A stretch of DNA of 64,000 nucleotides from Squalus acanthias (Eukaryota), in assembly GCA_030390025.1 (NCBI GenBank), contig JASTWF010000034.1, positions 2,604,001-2,668,000 on the forward strand, written 5' to 3'. The notes beneath the pieces were generated by a model. The model worked only from the letters and a program-made list of their open reading frames with translations, had not been told where the DNA came from and searched no databases. Positions 48,000-59,764 of this stretch are shown here, one piece after another. The position numbers were made by a program, and so were the translations under genes. Numbering within the stretch: position 1 is the stretch's first letter; every line of letters starts with the position of its first letter.

Positions 48000-48160
48000 A
48001 AGGAGACCCTTATTAATAGAAGAGGGAAACCCTGCACTGATATAATTAGGGTCCATGGAGACTGACATTAATTACAGTCACTAAACAAACATCTTCAGTT
48101 AACCCGTGGAGACTGACATTAATTACAGTCACTGAACAAACAGCTTCAGTTAACCCCTTT
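48000..48160 (-). promoter_or_regulatory. Putative proximal promoter of GPCR B
   Basis: TATTAATA at about 48011; duplicated 50-bp unit with TAATTA, TGACA and AAACAAACA motifs; conserved with 16120-16285. Confidence 0.5.
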
Positions 48161-48199
48161 CAATCCAGCACTCTTTGTACCACAGTAAAGTAGAACATT

Positions 48200-49745
48200 T
48201 ACCCAGTCCGGATGGGATGTATGAGGATTGCTGAGGGAAGGAGTGGTGGAAATAGCGCAGGCACTGGCCAGAATATTTCAATCCTCCTTGGATATAGGAG
48301 TGGTGCCAGAGGACTGGAGGGATGCAAATGTTACATCCTGTTTAAAAAAGGAGGGAGGGATAAATCCTGTAACTGCAGACCTATCAGCCGAACGTCGGTG
48401 ATGGGGAAACATCCAGAGGCCATATTCCAGGACAAAATTGACTGTCATTTGGAAAAACATGGAGGAATAAATGACAACCAGCACAGACTTTTTTAAAGTC
48501 CAGTCTGTCTGACAAACTTGATTGAGTTATTTGATGAAGTAACGGAGAGGTTTTATGAGGGTAGTGGGGTGATGTTGTGTTGATGGACTTTCTAAAGGTG
48601 TTTGATTGAGTACCATTTAATAGACTTGACAGGGAAAGGGGAACCCATGGGATTAAAGGGGCAGTGGCTACGTGGATACGGCATTGGCTGAGGGACAGAT
48701 AACAGAGAGTAGTGGTGAGCGGTTGTTTTTCAGACAGAATGGAAGTGTACAGTGGTGTCCCCCAGGGTTCGATATTAGGTCCAGTGCTCTTTTTGCTAGA
48801 CATTAATGGCCTGGACTCAATTCTAAAGGCATAATTTCAAAGTTTGGAGATGATACGTAATTCAGAAATATTGTAAACAGAGAGGAGAGTAGCAGACTTC
48901 AGGAGCACATAGGCAGACTGGTAAAATGGGCAGACACATGGCAGATAAAATTTAACTCAGTGAAGTGTGAAGTGATACTCTTCTGGAGGAAAATGAGGAT
49001 AGGCAATATAAACTAAATGGTACAATTTTAAATGGAGTGCAGGTACAGAGAGACATGGGAGTTTATGTGCACACATCTTTGAAGGTGGAAGCACAAATTG
49101 ATAAGATATTTAAAAATGAATACAGGATCTTTGGCTTTATAAATAGAGGCATAGAGTTCAAAAGCAAGGATTTTATGCAAAACATTTATACATTTTAGGC
49201 CTGAGCAGGAGTATTGTGTTCATTTCTGGCATCAGACTACATGAAGGACGACAAGGCCTTGGAGAAGGCGCAGAGGAGACTTACTAGAATGGTACCAGAG
49301 ATGAGACATTTCAGTTATATGGAGAGACTGGAGAAGCTGAGATTTTTCCCCTTCGAGCAGAGAAGATTAAGTGGGGGATTTAGTAGAGATGTTAAAGGGC
49401 TTGATTTGAGTAAATAATGAGAAACTGTTTCCAGTGGCAGAAGGGATGGAAACTAGAAGATACAGATTTAAGATAAGTTGCAAAAGATCCAAAGGGAAAA
49501 TGCGGAGAATGTGTTTTATGCAGCGAGTTGTTGTGATCTGGAATGCACTGCCTCAAAACGTGATAGAAGAAGATTCAATGATAACTTTAAAAAGGGAATG
49601 GGATCAATACTGGAAGTGCGGGTTTTGCAGGGCTGTGGGAAAAGAACAGGGGAGCTGGACTAATTGAATAGCTCTTTCAAAGGGCCGGCACAGGCTCCAT
49701 GGAACGAATGGCCTCCTTCTGTGCTGTATGATTCTATGACTCTGT
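48200..49745 (+). mobile_element. CR1 LINE RT and 3' end, decayed
   Basis: CRPISRTSV, SGVPQGSILGP and LEKAQRRLTRMVPEM; (TATGATTC)n tail. Confidence 0.9.
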
Positions 49746-49884
49746 GATAAAAGAAGGTATTGAGTCATTATTGCATGTGTAGAATCGAAGTTCTGCAGTT
49801 TTTGAGCCAGATTCTAATTATTACTTGTAATCTGAAAGGGGGAAATCAGAATTGACCCTGTCTCCATTTCCCACTCACCCTCAG

Positions 49885-51620
49885 AAACAATCCCAGCACG
49901 TGAGTGCAAAAGACAAAGCTGAAGCGTTTGCAACCATCTTCAGCCAGAAGTTCCCAGTGGATGATCCATATCGGCCTACTCCTGAGGTCCCCACCATCGC
50001 AGAAGCCACTATTCAGCCAATTCGATTCACTCCACGGGATAACAAGAAACGGCTAAGTGCACTGGATACAGAAAAGTTATGGGCCCCGACACATCTCGGC
50101 TATCGTGCTGAAGACTTGTGCTCCAGAAATAGCCGCGCCTCTAGCCAAGCTGTTACAGTACAGCTACAACAATGGCATCTATCCGACAATGTGTAAAACT
50201 GCCCAGGTATGTCCTGTCCACAAAAAACAGGACAAACCCAATCCGGCCAATTACCACCCCATCAGTCTACTCTCAATCACCAGCAAAGTGACGGAAGGTG
50301 TCATCGCCAGTGCTAGCGGCACTTACTCACAAATAACCTGATCACTGATGCCCAGTTTGGGGTCCGCCAAGGCCACTCGGATCTCGACCTCATTATAGCC
50401 TTGGTCCAAACATGGACAAAGGAGCTGAATTCCAGAAGTGAGGTGAGAGTGACTGACCTAGACATCAAGTCAGCATTTGACCGAGTCTGGCATCAAGAAG
50501 CTCTGGTAAAACTGAAGACAATGGAATGTGGGGATTACGCTCCACGGGCTGGAGTCATACCTAGCACAAAGAAAGATGGATGTGGTGATTGAAGGTTAAT
50601 CATCACAGCCTCAGGACATCGCTGCAGGAGCTCCTCAGGGCAGTGTCATAGGCCCAACCATCTTCAGCTGCTTCATCAAGGACCTTCCCTGCAACATAAG
50701 GTCAGAAATGGGGATGTTCGCTGATGACTGCACAGTGTTCAGCACCATTCAGAACTCCACAGATAATGAAGCAGTCCATGCCCGAATGCAACAAGACCTG
50801 GACAACATTCAAGCTTTGGCTGATTAGTGGCAGGTAACATTCGCGCCACAGAAGTGCCATGCAATGACTATCTCCAACAAGCGAAAACCTAACCACCGCC
50901 CCTTGACATTCAACGGCATTAACTTCGCCGAATCCCACACCATTAACATCCTGGGGATCAGCATTGACCAGAATCTTAACTGGACCACCCACATAAATAT
51001 TGTGGCAACAAGAGCAGGTCAGATGCTATGTACTCTGCGGCGAGTGTCTCATCTCCTCAGTCCCCAAAGCCTTTCCACCATTTACAAGGCAAAAGTAAGG
51101 AGTGTGATGGAATTCTCTCCACTTGCCTGGATGAGTGCAGGTCCAACAACACTCAAGAAGGTCGACATCATCCAGTTCAAAGCAGGCCGCTTGATTGGCA
51201 CCCCATCCACCACCTTAAACATTCACTTCCCCCAGCACTGGCATACCGTGGCTGCAGTGTGTACCATCTACAAGATGCCCTGCAGCAATTCACCAAGGCT
51301 TCTTCGGCAGCAAATCCCAAACCCGCGACCTCTTCCACCTAGAAGGGCAAGGACAGCAGGCCCATGGGAACACCACCACCTCCAATGTCCCCTCCAAGTC
51401 ACACACCATCCTGACTTAGAAGTATATCGCCAATCCTTCATCGTCGCTGGGTCAAAATCCTGGATCTCCCTACCTAACAGCACTGTGGGAGTACTTTCAT
51501 CACACGGACTGCAGCGGTGCAAGATGACGACTCACCACTACCATATCAAGTTAAATTAGGGATGGGCAATAAATGCTGGCTTTGCTAGCGATGCCCACAT
51601 CCCATGAAAGGAATTAAAAC
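49885..51620 (+). mobile_element. Non-LTR retrotransposon (CR1/L2-group) RT to 3' end, 5'-truncated and decayed
   Basis: NPANYHPISLLSI, DIKSAFDRVWH, PQGSVIGP, MFADD and IYKAKVRSVMEFSPLAW; AATAAA near the 3' end. Confidence 0.9.
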
Positions 51621-51789
51621 AATTACTCAGCACTAAGGATTGACACAGTCTTAGTTTTTATTTGTTCATTGATCCTGTTTTACGACGAAGTCCCGTGGCT
51701 GGATGGTGCCGATGAGCGCTGTCAGTCCCATTATAATCTGGAGTGGAGCCATTCTGTGTATCGACCTGCAAACAGAATTGGTGTAGTAT

Positions 51790-54750
51790 TTATTGTTTTA
51801 CACATTTTAACTGATTGATGTGGTACCACCTGGGCCTCTTTCTGTCCTTCGTCTCCGGGATCTGGATCAAATACATCGCGGGGCTGGCTTGGTCTGTGAT
51901 TGGGCAATTTCCCACCAATTAGGTTCAACGGCATGTTCCTTTCTTAGGTAGTTTAGGATCATGATCTGATCTCCTACCTGATACTCAAAAGGCCGAACCT
52001 TTTTGCCAAAGTACTACTTTAGTTGTTGTTGGCTTTTCCCGGTGTGCTGAGCCACGAACTCATTTGTTTCCTAAATGTGTTCTATCATTGACCCTACCCA
52101 TTTCTGGTTGGCCGCCTCCTGGAGAAGTGGGGTGATGGGTGGAGTGAGGAGGTGGGCAGGCCTTCTCATCAACCACCCCGTCATAGCCTGGTAAAGGGAA
52201 ATACCTGTGGTGCTATGTGGGGTTGCTCTCATGGCCATCAGGCACTTGGGTAACATGTTAACCCATTGTGTGGGGTGGTCCTTACAAAGCTTTTCCAGCG
52301 TGGTTTTAAGGGTTCGATTTCCACACTTCACTACCCCTGATGATTGTGGGTGGTCCACCACATGCAATTTGTGGGAGATTTTCATGAGTCTCTGGAGTTC
52401 TGAGAAGATTTTCCCGGTAAAGAGTGTCCCTTGGTTACTACCCACCTGGATTGGTATTCCCCAACTGCAGACCGCCTCACACAATAGCAGTTTTGCTGCT
52501 GTGAGAGCCGTGTTCATTCTACAGGGGAAAGCCTCAATCTATTTAATCAATTGCTCTATTAGGACCAGACAATATTTGTAGCCCGAGGGCGCCGTGACAA
52601 GGGGGCCTATAAAGTCTATCTGGACGTGTGTCCAGGGTCCGTCCGGCGGTGGCGGCCGTTGTAATAGCGCCCGATTGGAATAATTGCCCGGGTTATGCCG
52701 GAGGCACGAAATACACCTCTGTGCCCTGGATTCAAAGTCGCATTCGCAGCCCGGGTACTAGGACCTGGAGGGTCATTTCTCCAGATTGGTCTTCGCAGAA
52801 TAATGTACCCCCACGGAGTGGGCATGTATTAAATCGAACATTTTTTCTCCCATAGCCGGGGGGAGGCAGGTGACAGAGACATCCGGGATACAGTTGTACA
52901 TGAGGATGGGTAGCAGGGTGCCGGTCACATCCTGGTGAAGGGAGGTGATCGGGGTATACCGGGTTGGCGCCAGTAAGGGCTGGCCCTGCTGGTGCATTGC
53001 GATAACGACCGAGTATTGGTCGTACATGGCTTGCAAGCAGGCTGGATCGTTGACCGGGCTTACAGCTGATACCGGTAGCGGGTCAGGTTCCTGGTTGTTT
53101 TCCCCACAAACGGGCGTCTATGGCGGCCTGCTTTACTGACTTGTCTGCCATGGAGTTATTCCTAGCTAGTGGTTCCACGGAGCGGGAATGTGCCATAACC
53201 TTGCCCACATAGACAAGTGCCGTACGTCCCCGCAACACCATGTCCAGAACCCGAAAAAAGACGGCCTGTAGCAAAGGTTTACCGTTGGACCTGCAAAAGT
53301 TATTCCGGGCATACAGGGGTAAGGACAGCTGGGCTTTTTCGAATAGGCACTGTCGGACAAAATGTTCATACTTTGAGAACTGGTAATCTGAATGGCAGTG
53401 ACGAGGGCAAACACCTAAGTGTACTGTACCGAATGAGGGCTACATTTGTACTGAATGACCTCATTCGGCCGGATAATGGCGAACCCGGTGCACGGTTCTA
53501 ATGTCCAATGGCTCAGCCGGGCTGATGACATCAGCGTGTCTCCGGGCAGGAGCAACAGGTTCAGAGGTGAGTGTGGACTGTGCATTATCACCCGGTTGAA
53601 CCCCGTGATGTCGGTGAAGTGTTTGACAGCCCACAAAGTGGCCAACATGTGTCTCTCACAAACGGAGTAAGTCAGTTCGGCACCTCTTAAGATTCTGGAG
53701 GCCGAGGCAATAGGTAGTAGTCCGCCATGTTTATCTTGGAATAGGGCGGCGGTGGTTTTTCTCCTTGGCTCCGACCTCCATGTGGAAGAATTTGCTGGGA
53801 TTGGGTGAAACCAGACATGTGGCCAGAGCGACGGCTTGCTTCAACGGCGCCATTGCGTCCGTGTAGTTGTCTGTCCAGCCGTCTTTGACATGATCGTCAT
53901 CTCCTTGAAGTAGTTCGTAAAGTGGAGCAGCAGTATCTGCTAACCGTGGAATGAATGTCCGCTGATATCCCATCAGCCCAAGGAAGAAACACAGTGCGGT
54001 CTTTGAGGTTGGCAGGGATAGAAGATGGTTGTTTCGATCTTGTGCTGGTCCGGCCTGATGCCGGATGGTGCGATTCGGACTCCTAAAAAGGTAACACAGT
54101 CCTGCACCAATTGAGCCTTACGTGGGTGAACTTTTAGTATGGTCCTCCTTCAGTAGTCGCAATAGTTCTTGTAGGAGGGTTAGGTGCTGGGCGCAGTCTG
54201 TGGTAGCGAGCAGGATATCATCAACATATTGAAGCAAACAGGAAGGTTGTGAAAACTCTTCAGAACACTGGCCATACGCTAGTGTAAAATAGTGGGGACA
54301 TTATGGAACACTGCGGCAAGCACGTCCAGGTGTACCCCTGATCCTCGAAGATAAATGCGAATTTAAACTGATCTCCCTGTCTTACTGGGATACTCCGAAA
54401 GCCATTAGAAATATCCAGGGTTGAGAAGACAGTACTTCCACTGGGAAGCTGAAAGAGTAGGGTGGGTGTCTCCCGAACCACGCGGGGGTGACTGAATTGA
54501 GTTTGCGGTAATCGATTGTTAGTCGCCAACTGTCGTCTTGTTTCCTAACCGGCCAAACTGGAGAGTTTGTTGTAAATGTGCCTTGTCGAACAACACCTTG
54601 CTTTAACAATGATTCGATGGTGGCTGGAATATATGGTACGCTCTCGGCTGGATACGAGTATTGATTTACAGGAGCATGTACCGGGCGGTTGATCTCCTCG
54701 GGCTCAGTCATGCTTCCCCAATCATGTTTATGCGTTGTAAAATCAATGAC
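51790..54750 (-). pseudogene. pol: pol remnant: RT, tether, RNase H and integrase
   Basis: RT motifs at 54200-54700; tether ASRILRGAELTYSVCERHMLATLWAVKHF; RNase H SVQYT*VFAL..NILSDSAY..KVMAHSR..NSMADK; integrase QIDFIGP..WGIP..SNQGTLFT..HPQSSGVV; C-terminal WYHINQLK*. Confidence 0.9.
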
Positions 54751-54780
54751 CTCCTGCCCTAGTGTTTGGCCCAGGTCTAA

Positions 54781-55805
54781 TTAAATCGCATATATTGTGC
54801 CCCCCTCAGTATGTCCAGGTCCCTTTCTTGTTTTAAACCTGAGGAACATGTCGTCCCCTTCTAGTTCTGGGCGGGTGATTATAAAAACCCTCCCCCGCTG
54901 CCTGAGGTTGAGGGGGCTGGTGTCCATATTCCCCACCGCCAGGTTAGCCTTTAGTGCCCCCACTTCAAACGCGGTATGGGACCGGTGTGTGGTTGTGGTC
55001 GTGGTTTTTGCCTCGCTACTATTGGTGGTCGAGGAGGCTGCATCACCATTCGGGTCTTGGCCAGCCTGGCGCTTGGGCTCAGGTGCGGTCTTCGCTCGGG
55101 TGACCTCACGCACTGGTATCGTCTCGCCCGCATTGCCTTCCTTGTATGGGAGGGGCGGAGCAGAGGGAACAGAGGGAGTAGGTTTCCCAACGATGTTGTC
55201 CCAGCAAAGGCCGGGATCTCTTGGTTTGATTTTGGAGACAGTAGCCACCACTGCCCGTTGTTGGTCGATTTGAGCCTGAAGCTGTTGGACTTTCTCTCAG
55301 CACGGGGTGTGTTCTCCTTCGGGGAAGGCAGTGTTTTGGCGCCGGTTTAATTCCCTTAACGCTCCCCTTGCATCCTGTAACATCTCAAACAACGTGGTGT
55401 TTTCTGCCTGGAGTTCAATATTCTCTTTGAGTATTTGACTTAGTTTCTTTTGTGTATACTGCATTTTGTCATGAATCTTTTGCTCCCAGCGCAACTGGTT
55501 GCGGAGGGCAGAAAGGTTCTCTCACCATTCACTTCTTCCTTTCCGCATCAGGCTTACTAATCTTTGAACTCTTCAGTCTCCCTATTTAACTGGGCAGCAC
55601 AAAAAGGTGCCCCGTAAGCTAACCTGTCTCGGCCTCTCTTTATTTTACGTTTGTGTTTCTGAACATCCTCAGCGAGTTTATCAATGATGTAATCATAGAC
55701 CCCGTTACCGTCTTCGAAGATTTTTCGGAGGTCCGCTGCTGCAGGCGTGCCGACTTTTTCTGTCAGGCTGTCTACTATCTGTTCTCGATGGTATGCCAAC
55801 GCCAT
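54781..55805 (-). pseudogene. gag: gag remnant with a coiled-coil N-terminal half and PSAP/PPxY late-domain motif; capsid C-terminus, NC and protease apparently deleted
   Basis: ATG at 55805 after the PBS; heptad-rich LSQILKENIELQAENTTLFEMLQ; PSAPPLPY; frameshifts; joins directly to the pre-RT motif TTHKHDWG. Confidence 0.7.
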
Positions 55806-55928
55806 TGTACCTCTGCTTTTACCTTTACCCCACTCAATCCCTTTGCTTTCTTTCAGGGTGTTTTAGTCTCAAACGACGATCACGCGAGGTCGACCAAGTC
55901 CCTCCTGTCCCCACAACCGGAACCTTAC

Positions 55929-55946
55929 ATCCCACTTCTGACACCA
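55929..55946 (-). promoter_or_regulatory. Primer-binding site complementary to the tRNA-Leu 3' end
   Basis: Minus strand TGGTGTCAGAAGTGGGAT; the plus strand ATCCCACTTCTGACACCA is the 3' end of vertebrate tRNA-Leu(CAA) including CCA. Confidence 0.9.
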
Positions 55947-55947
55947 C

Positions 55948-56734
55948 TGTAAGATTTTGATCACAGGTCACACGCAGATTACCCAGACGGTCTTAGAATT
56001 TGTAAGGCTTTATATCAGAGAGCTACAGTTTAAGCCTAATCAGATACTACATGTGATTGAAATAGATATAGTAGACAACACCCCGTGACAGATGAGGGTG
56101 ATCTACGAAACGACCAGACAAAGGGACGGTGAGGCAGTACGGTGGTCCCGGATTGGGTGGATTCTTGCAGTCTTTGGCAGCGGTCACTTCCGTTGGGTCA
56201 TCCCTCGAGCTGTTGGAGGTGTTAGGCCGTCAGCCAGCATTGATCCATCTCAGAGGCTAAACTTGACCAAGATGTTAGGCCGTAGTATGCATGCATCCAA
56301 CTCGGAGAAGGCTTCGCCCTTAACTGCTTGTTTCCCTCTCTCGGTCGCCCGTTTTTATACCTTACTTCGATGGGCTGGTGTATACCTGGTGTCAATCATT
56401 TTTACCCATCCCAATTACAAGGTAAGGGTACCTCTGACAGGCCCCCTCCCATCTTGCTGAGGTCAGCAATTTCCCTATCTCTGTTCTAAATGCCCTGTTG
56501 TGTTTCTAAGGACATCTTGCTTATCCTACCGGCTCCATGTTATCCTCCGTCTCAGTTTAGGTATGTCTGCTGGGAGGCCTTTCATTGTGATGATCTGAGC
56601 CCTCTGTGCTTAGCTGATGTGACTGGAATTATCTCTAGGTCATCAGCCAGCCCACATCTGCTGAATTGACAAACCTGCTTTTTGCAGAATCGTTATTCCT
56701 TTTATAATTTGCAATTTCTTTAAGATTTCTTACA
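55948..56734 (-). repeat. 5' LTR (about 787 bp)
   Basis: Inverted termini TGTAAGA (55948) and TCTTACA (56734); TATAAAA on minus at about 56355; abuts the PBS. Confidence 0.82.
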
Positions 56735-57634
56735 CTGTCCAATAATCATATTATCTTGGTCCAAGTTATTAACACATTTTATTTGTTTATTTTACTCACT
56801 GAACCTCTTGATGGACCCTTTATTTCCCAATATAACGCTATGTCAAGCCCAAGTCAATTATATCATTTCAAAATTATCCCCAATCGAGCAAGCTGTGCTT
56901 TTGGACTGACAGGACTTCTTAATGCTCATTTTTATTTCGCCAACACTTTCTTTGTTGACACACAGCATTGGACAGGAACCACATAGACTGCCTTCCTCTC
57001 GTTTGTTTCAATGAAAATCAGCTTATCCCCTTAAACTCCAGGTAAATTTTCCACTCATGAGCGCATGAAACAGCCACTGATATCAATTTGTCTTACCATT
57101 TAAAACTTCAGAACCAAATGATGCCCATGCTTGATGGTATTAATTTAGAGACAGAAGTTTTTGGAATTATTTTGGGGTAACTTCCATATCTTCCCCCACT
57201 CGAGCACTCTGACTGGGATGATAACAGATGATCTTGACTTGGTTCAAGACAAGGCTTTGTAAAGCAAAGCCTTAAGTCCAAAACATCACCACGCTGTGAC
57301 ATTTGATGTCTGGCAATGTCTGCAGAGAAGGTCTTACATTTTTAAGTCTACTGGATCTCTTCCTCAACCAACAGTGTGTTTATAAGATCATGGTCCCCTG
57401 TATAAAAGAAAATAAAATCATAGAATACATTGTGGCTCCGCTTGAGAGCCCAAGGTGTTAATTTGTGAGTTCATGATTTCCTTCTGTCACCATGGGGAAA
57501 TATCCGCTCAAAATAAAATAAACTTCAAATTTAATAATACCCATTATATAAATGTACTTTCTGTAATACAAAAGTTGTTGCACGATGTATGGAAAACAGT
57601 TGTCAGTGGAAACTGTTAACTTCATTATATGTTT

Positions 57635-58545
57635 AAGATGCAAAAATTGTCCGTGTGTTTGATAGTGAGGAAGAAAACTGTAGACAGCAGGAATGTATCA
57701 ATGGACTGGTCAGGTGGGCAGCAAAGTGGCAAATGGATTCAATCCTGAGAACCTTAAGGTAATGCATTTGGGGAGGGCTAACAAGGCAAGGGATTACACA
57801 ATAAATGTTAGGACAATGAGAAGAGTAGAGGAACAAAGGGACCTTGGAGGGCAAGTCCACACATCCCTGAAAGTAGAGGATATGTAGATAAGGTGGTTCA
57901 GAAATATTGGATACTTTCCTTTATTAGCCGAGGCATAGAATATAAAAGCAGGGAGTTTATGCTTGAACTGTATAAAACACTAGTTAGGCCACAGCTAGAG
58001 TACTGCGTACAGTTCTTGTCACCACATTACAGGAAAGATGTGATTGTACTGGAGATGATACGGAGGAGATTTACGAGGATGTTGCCAGCACTGGAGACAT
58101 TTAGCGAGGAGGAAACATTTGATAGGCTGGGGTAGCTATCTTTGGAACAGAAGAGTTTGAGGGGTGCTTTAATTGAGGTTTATAAATTATGAGGGACCTA
58201 GATAGAATGGATAGGAAGGACGTAATTCCCCCTAGCAAATAGGTCAATAACCAGGGGGCATGTATTTAAAGCAATTGGTAGAAGGAATAGAGGGGATTTG
58301 AGGAGGACTGTTTTCACCAGGGAGTAGTGGAGGTATGTAACTCCCTGCCTAAAAGGTTGGTAGAGATAGAAACCCTCACTGCATTTCGAAAGTACTTGGA
58401 TATGCATTTGAAATGCCGTAACCTACAGGGCTATGGACCAAGAGCTGCAAAGTAGGATTAGGCTGGAGAGCTCTTTCACAGCCGGCAGGATGACGATGGA
58501 CAGAATGCTCCTTCTGTGCCATAAATTTCTATGATTCTATGATGT
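57635..58545 (+). mobile_element. CR1 3' half
   Basis: VMHLGRANK and LYKTLVRPQLEYCVQFLSPHYRKD; (TTCTATGA)n tail. Confidence 0.9.
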
Positions 58546-59299
58546 TGTCAGACGGTTATGCGCCCCTAAACGTGTTTTTTTAATACATTGCCGATAGAAA
58601 AATACCCAAACTCCAGTTTACTTTTTTCAAAGTCTTTCGACCTTGAAAACTTCCTCAGGAATTAACTCTTCGGTTAGTTAACACATCCAATTAAAAGCTG
58701 TCTCCAGATTCCTACCGCAGAGATTGAAGTTTCCACTTCAAATCATTAAATATTTGAGAAAACTTAAACGGCCAATTGTTATATGTGATGATCTCATGTC
58801 CGGAATTAGCGATCGCCCCATAGTTTACAATCAGCAGAATTTAATTGTGGCCACAATGAAACTCGGGTTCACGCCATTTAATCGGTTAGTGAACATCAAT
58901 AATTGCAACTTCTTTCAGTCCAATATTTTAGGAACTCTAAAATACTGAATATAACTGAAGAAAAAATTTGTCTCAACAAACTAAATCTTTGTAACATTTT
59001 TATACATTGAGAAAGAGCTGAAAGTCACGGCACTGGCACCAAAACATTCAGACAGGCTTTTTAAAGAGTCAGTCCGTCCGCTGAAAACAAAGGAACTCCT
59101 GCTGCTTGTGAGACTAGAAAGGAACAGAATCTGTCCCCTTCTGCTTCTTCATTCCATCATATTTACGGCCTTTTCTCTCAAACCAATTTACAAATTTCTG
59201 ATGATTGTTACTTAGCCCAATTTGGAATAACAGTCAATTGGAACCAAGCTGTTCTGTTTACCCTTCTGAGTCTTTTGAAATGGGACAAATCAATCAATT

Positions 59300-59650
59300 T
59301 TCAAATTTCTTCACGGGCCATGTCTGCAGGGACATGGCTAGAGGGCGTTTGAACTCCAGGGTCATACTGGGCACAGGTGAGGCAGTCATTAATAATATAA
59401 TTCATGGGCTGATCAATACTGGGCCACCGCACCTGCTGCAGCTGCCTTTGGACCAGGCTTTCACCCTTCTGGTGCCCAGCAGGTGTGTGGCCCTCCGGAC
59501 ATCTCGTTAGAAGTGACTGTGGGATCATACCATTCACCCGGATCAAAACACATGTCATCCTGTACTGTAAATTGTCCTTTCTTTGAAGGCATCTTTGGGC
59601 CACGAGTCTTCAGCTTGGATGGCCGCCTGAATTGATTTAATTCAAGAGCG
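59300..59650 (-). pseudogene. Isolated LTR-element integrase zinc-binding (HHCC) fragment
   Basis: EGHTPAGHQKGESLVQRQLQQVRWPSIDQPMNYIINDCLTCAQ fits the H-x4-H...WP...CxxC pattern. Confidence 0.7.
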
Positions 59651-59764
59651 ATAACCCTGCAACCTTGAATGAGCGAAAGGGGATGATTCACTTCAAACTT
59701 TATTCATCTGGCTTGCAAGGCTCAATGCGGTTCCCACACTTCCACGGCAAACTAATCCCAGCCG

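Larger units (their letters stand above)
41160..49085. other. Segmental duplication copy B
   Basis: Colinear with 9250-19200; differs by copy-specific insertions and deletions. Confidence 0.93.
51660..56734 (-). mobile_element. Decayed retrovirus-like LTR element (Lokiretrovirus or class III-like): 5' LTR, PBS, gag, pol and env stub; 3' LTR missing
   Basis: LTR TGTAAGA..TCTTACA, tRNA-Leu PBS, gag with PSAPPLPY, RT (NSPVWPVRK..WRLTIDYRKLN, YTWTCLPQ, QYVDD), tether, second RNase H and integrase. Confidence 0.88.
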
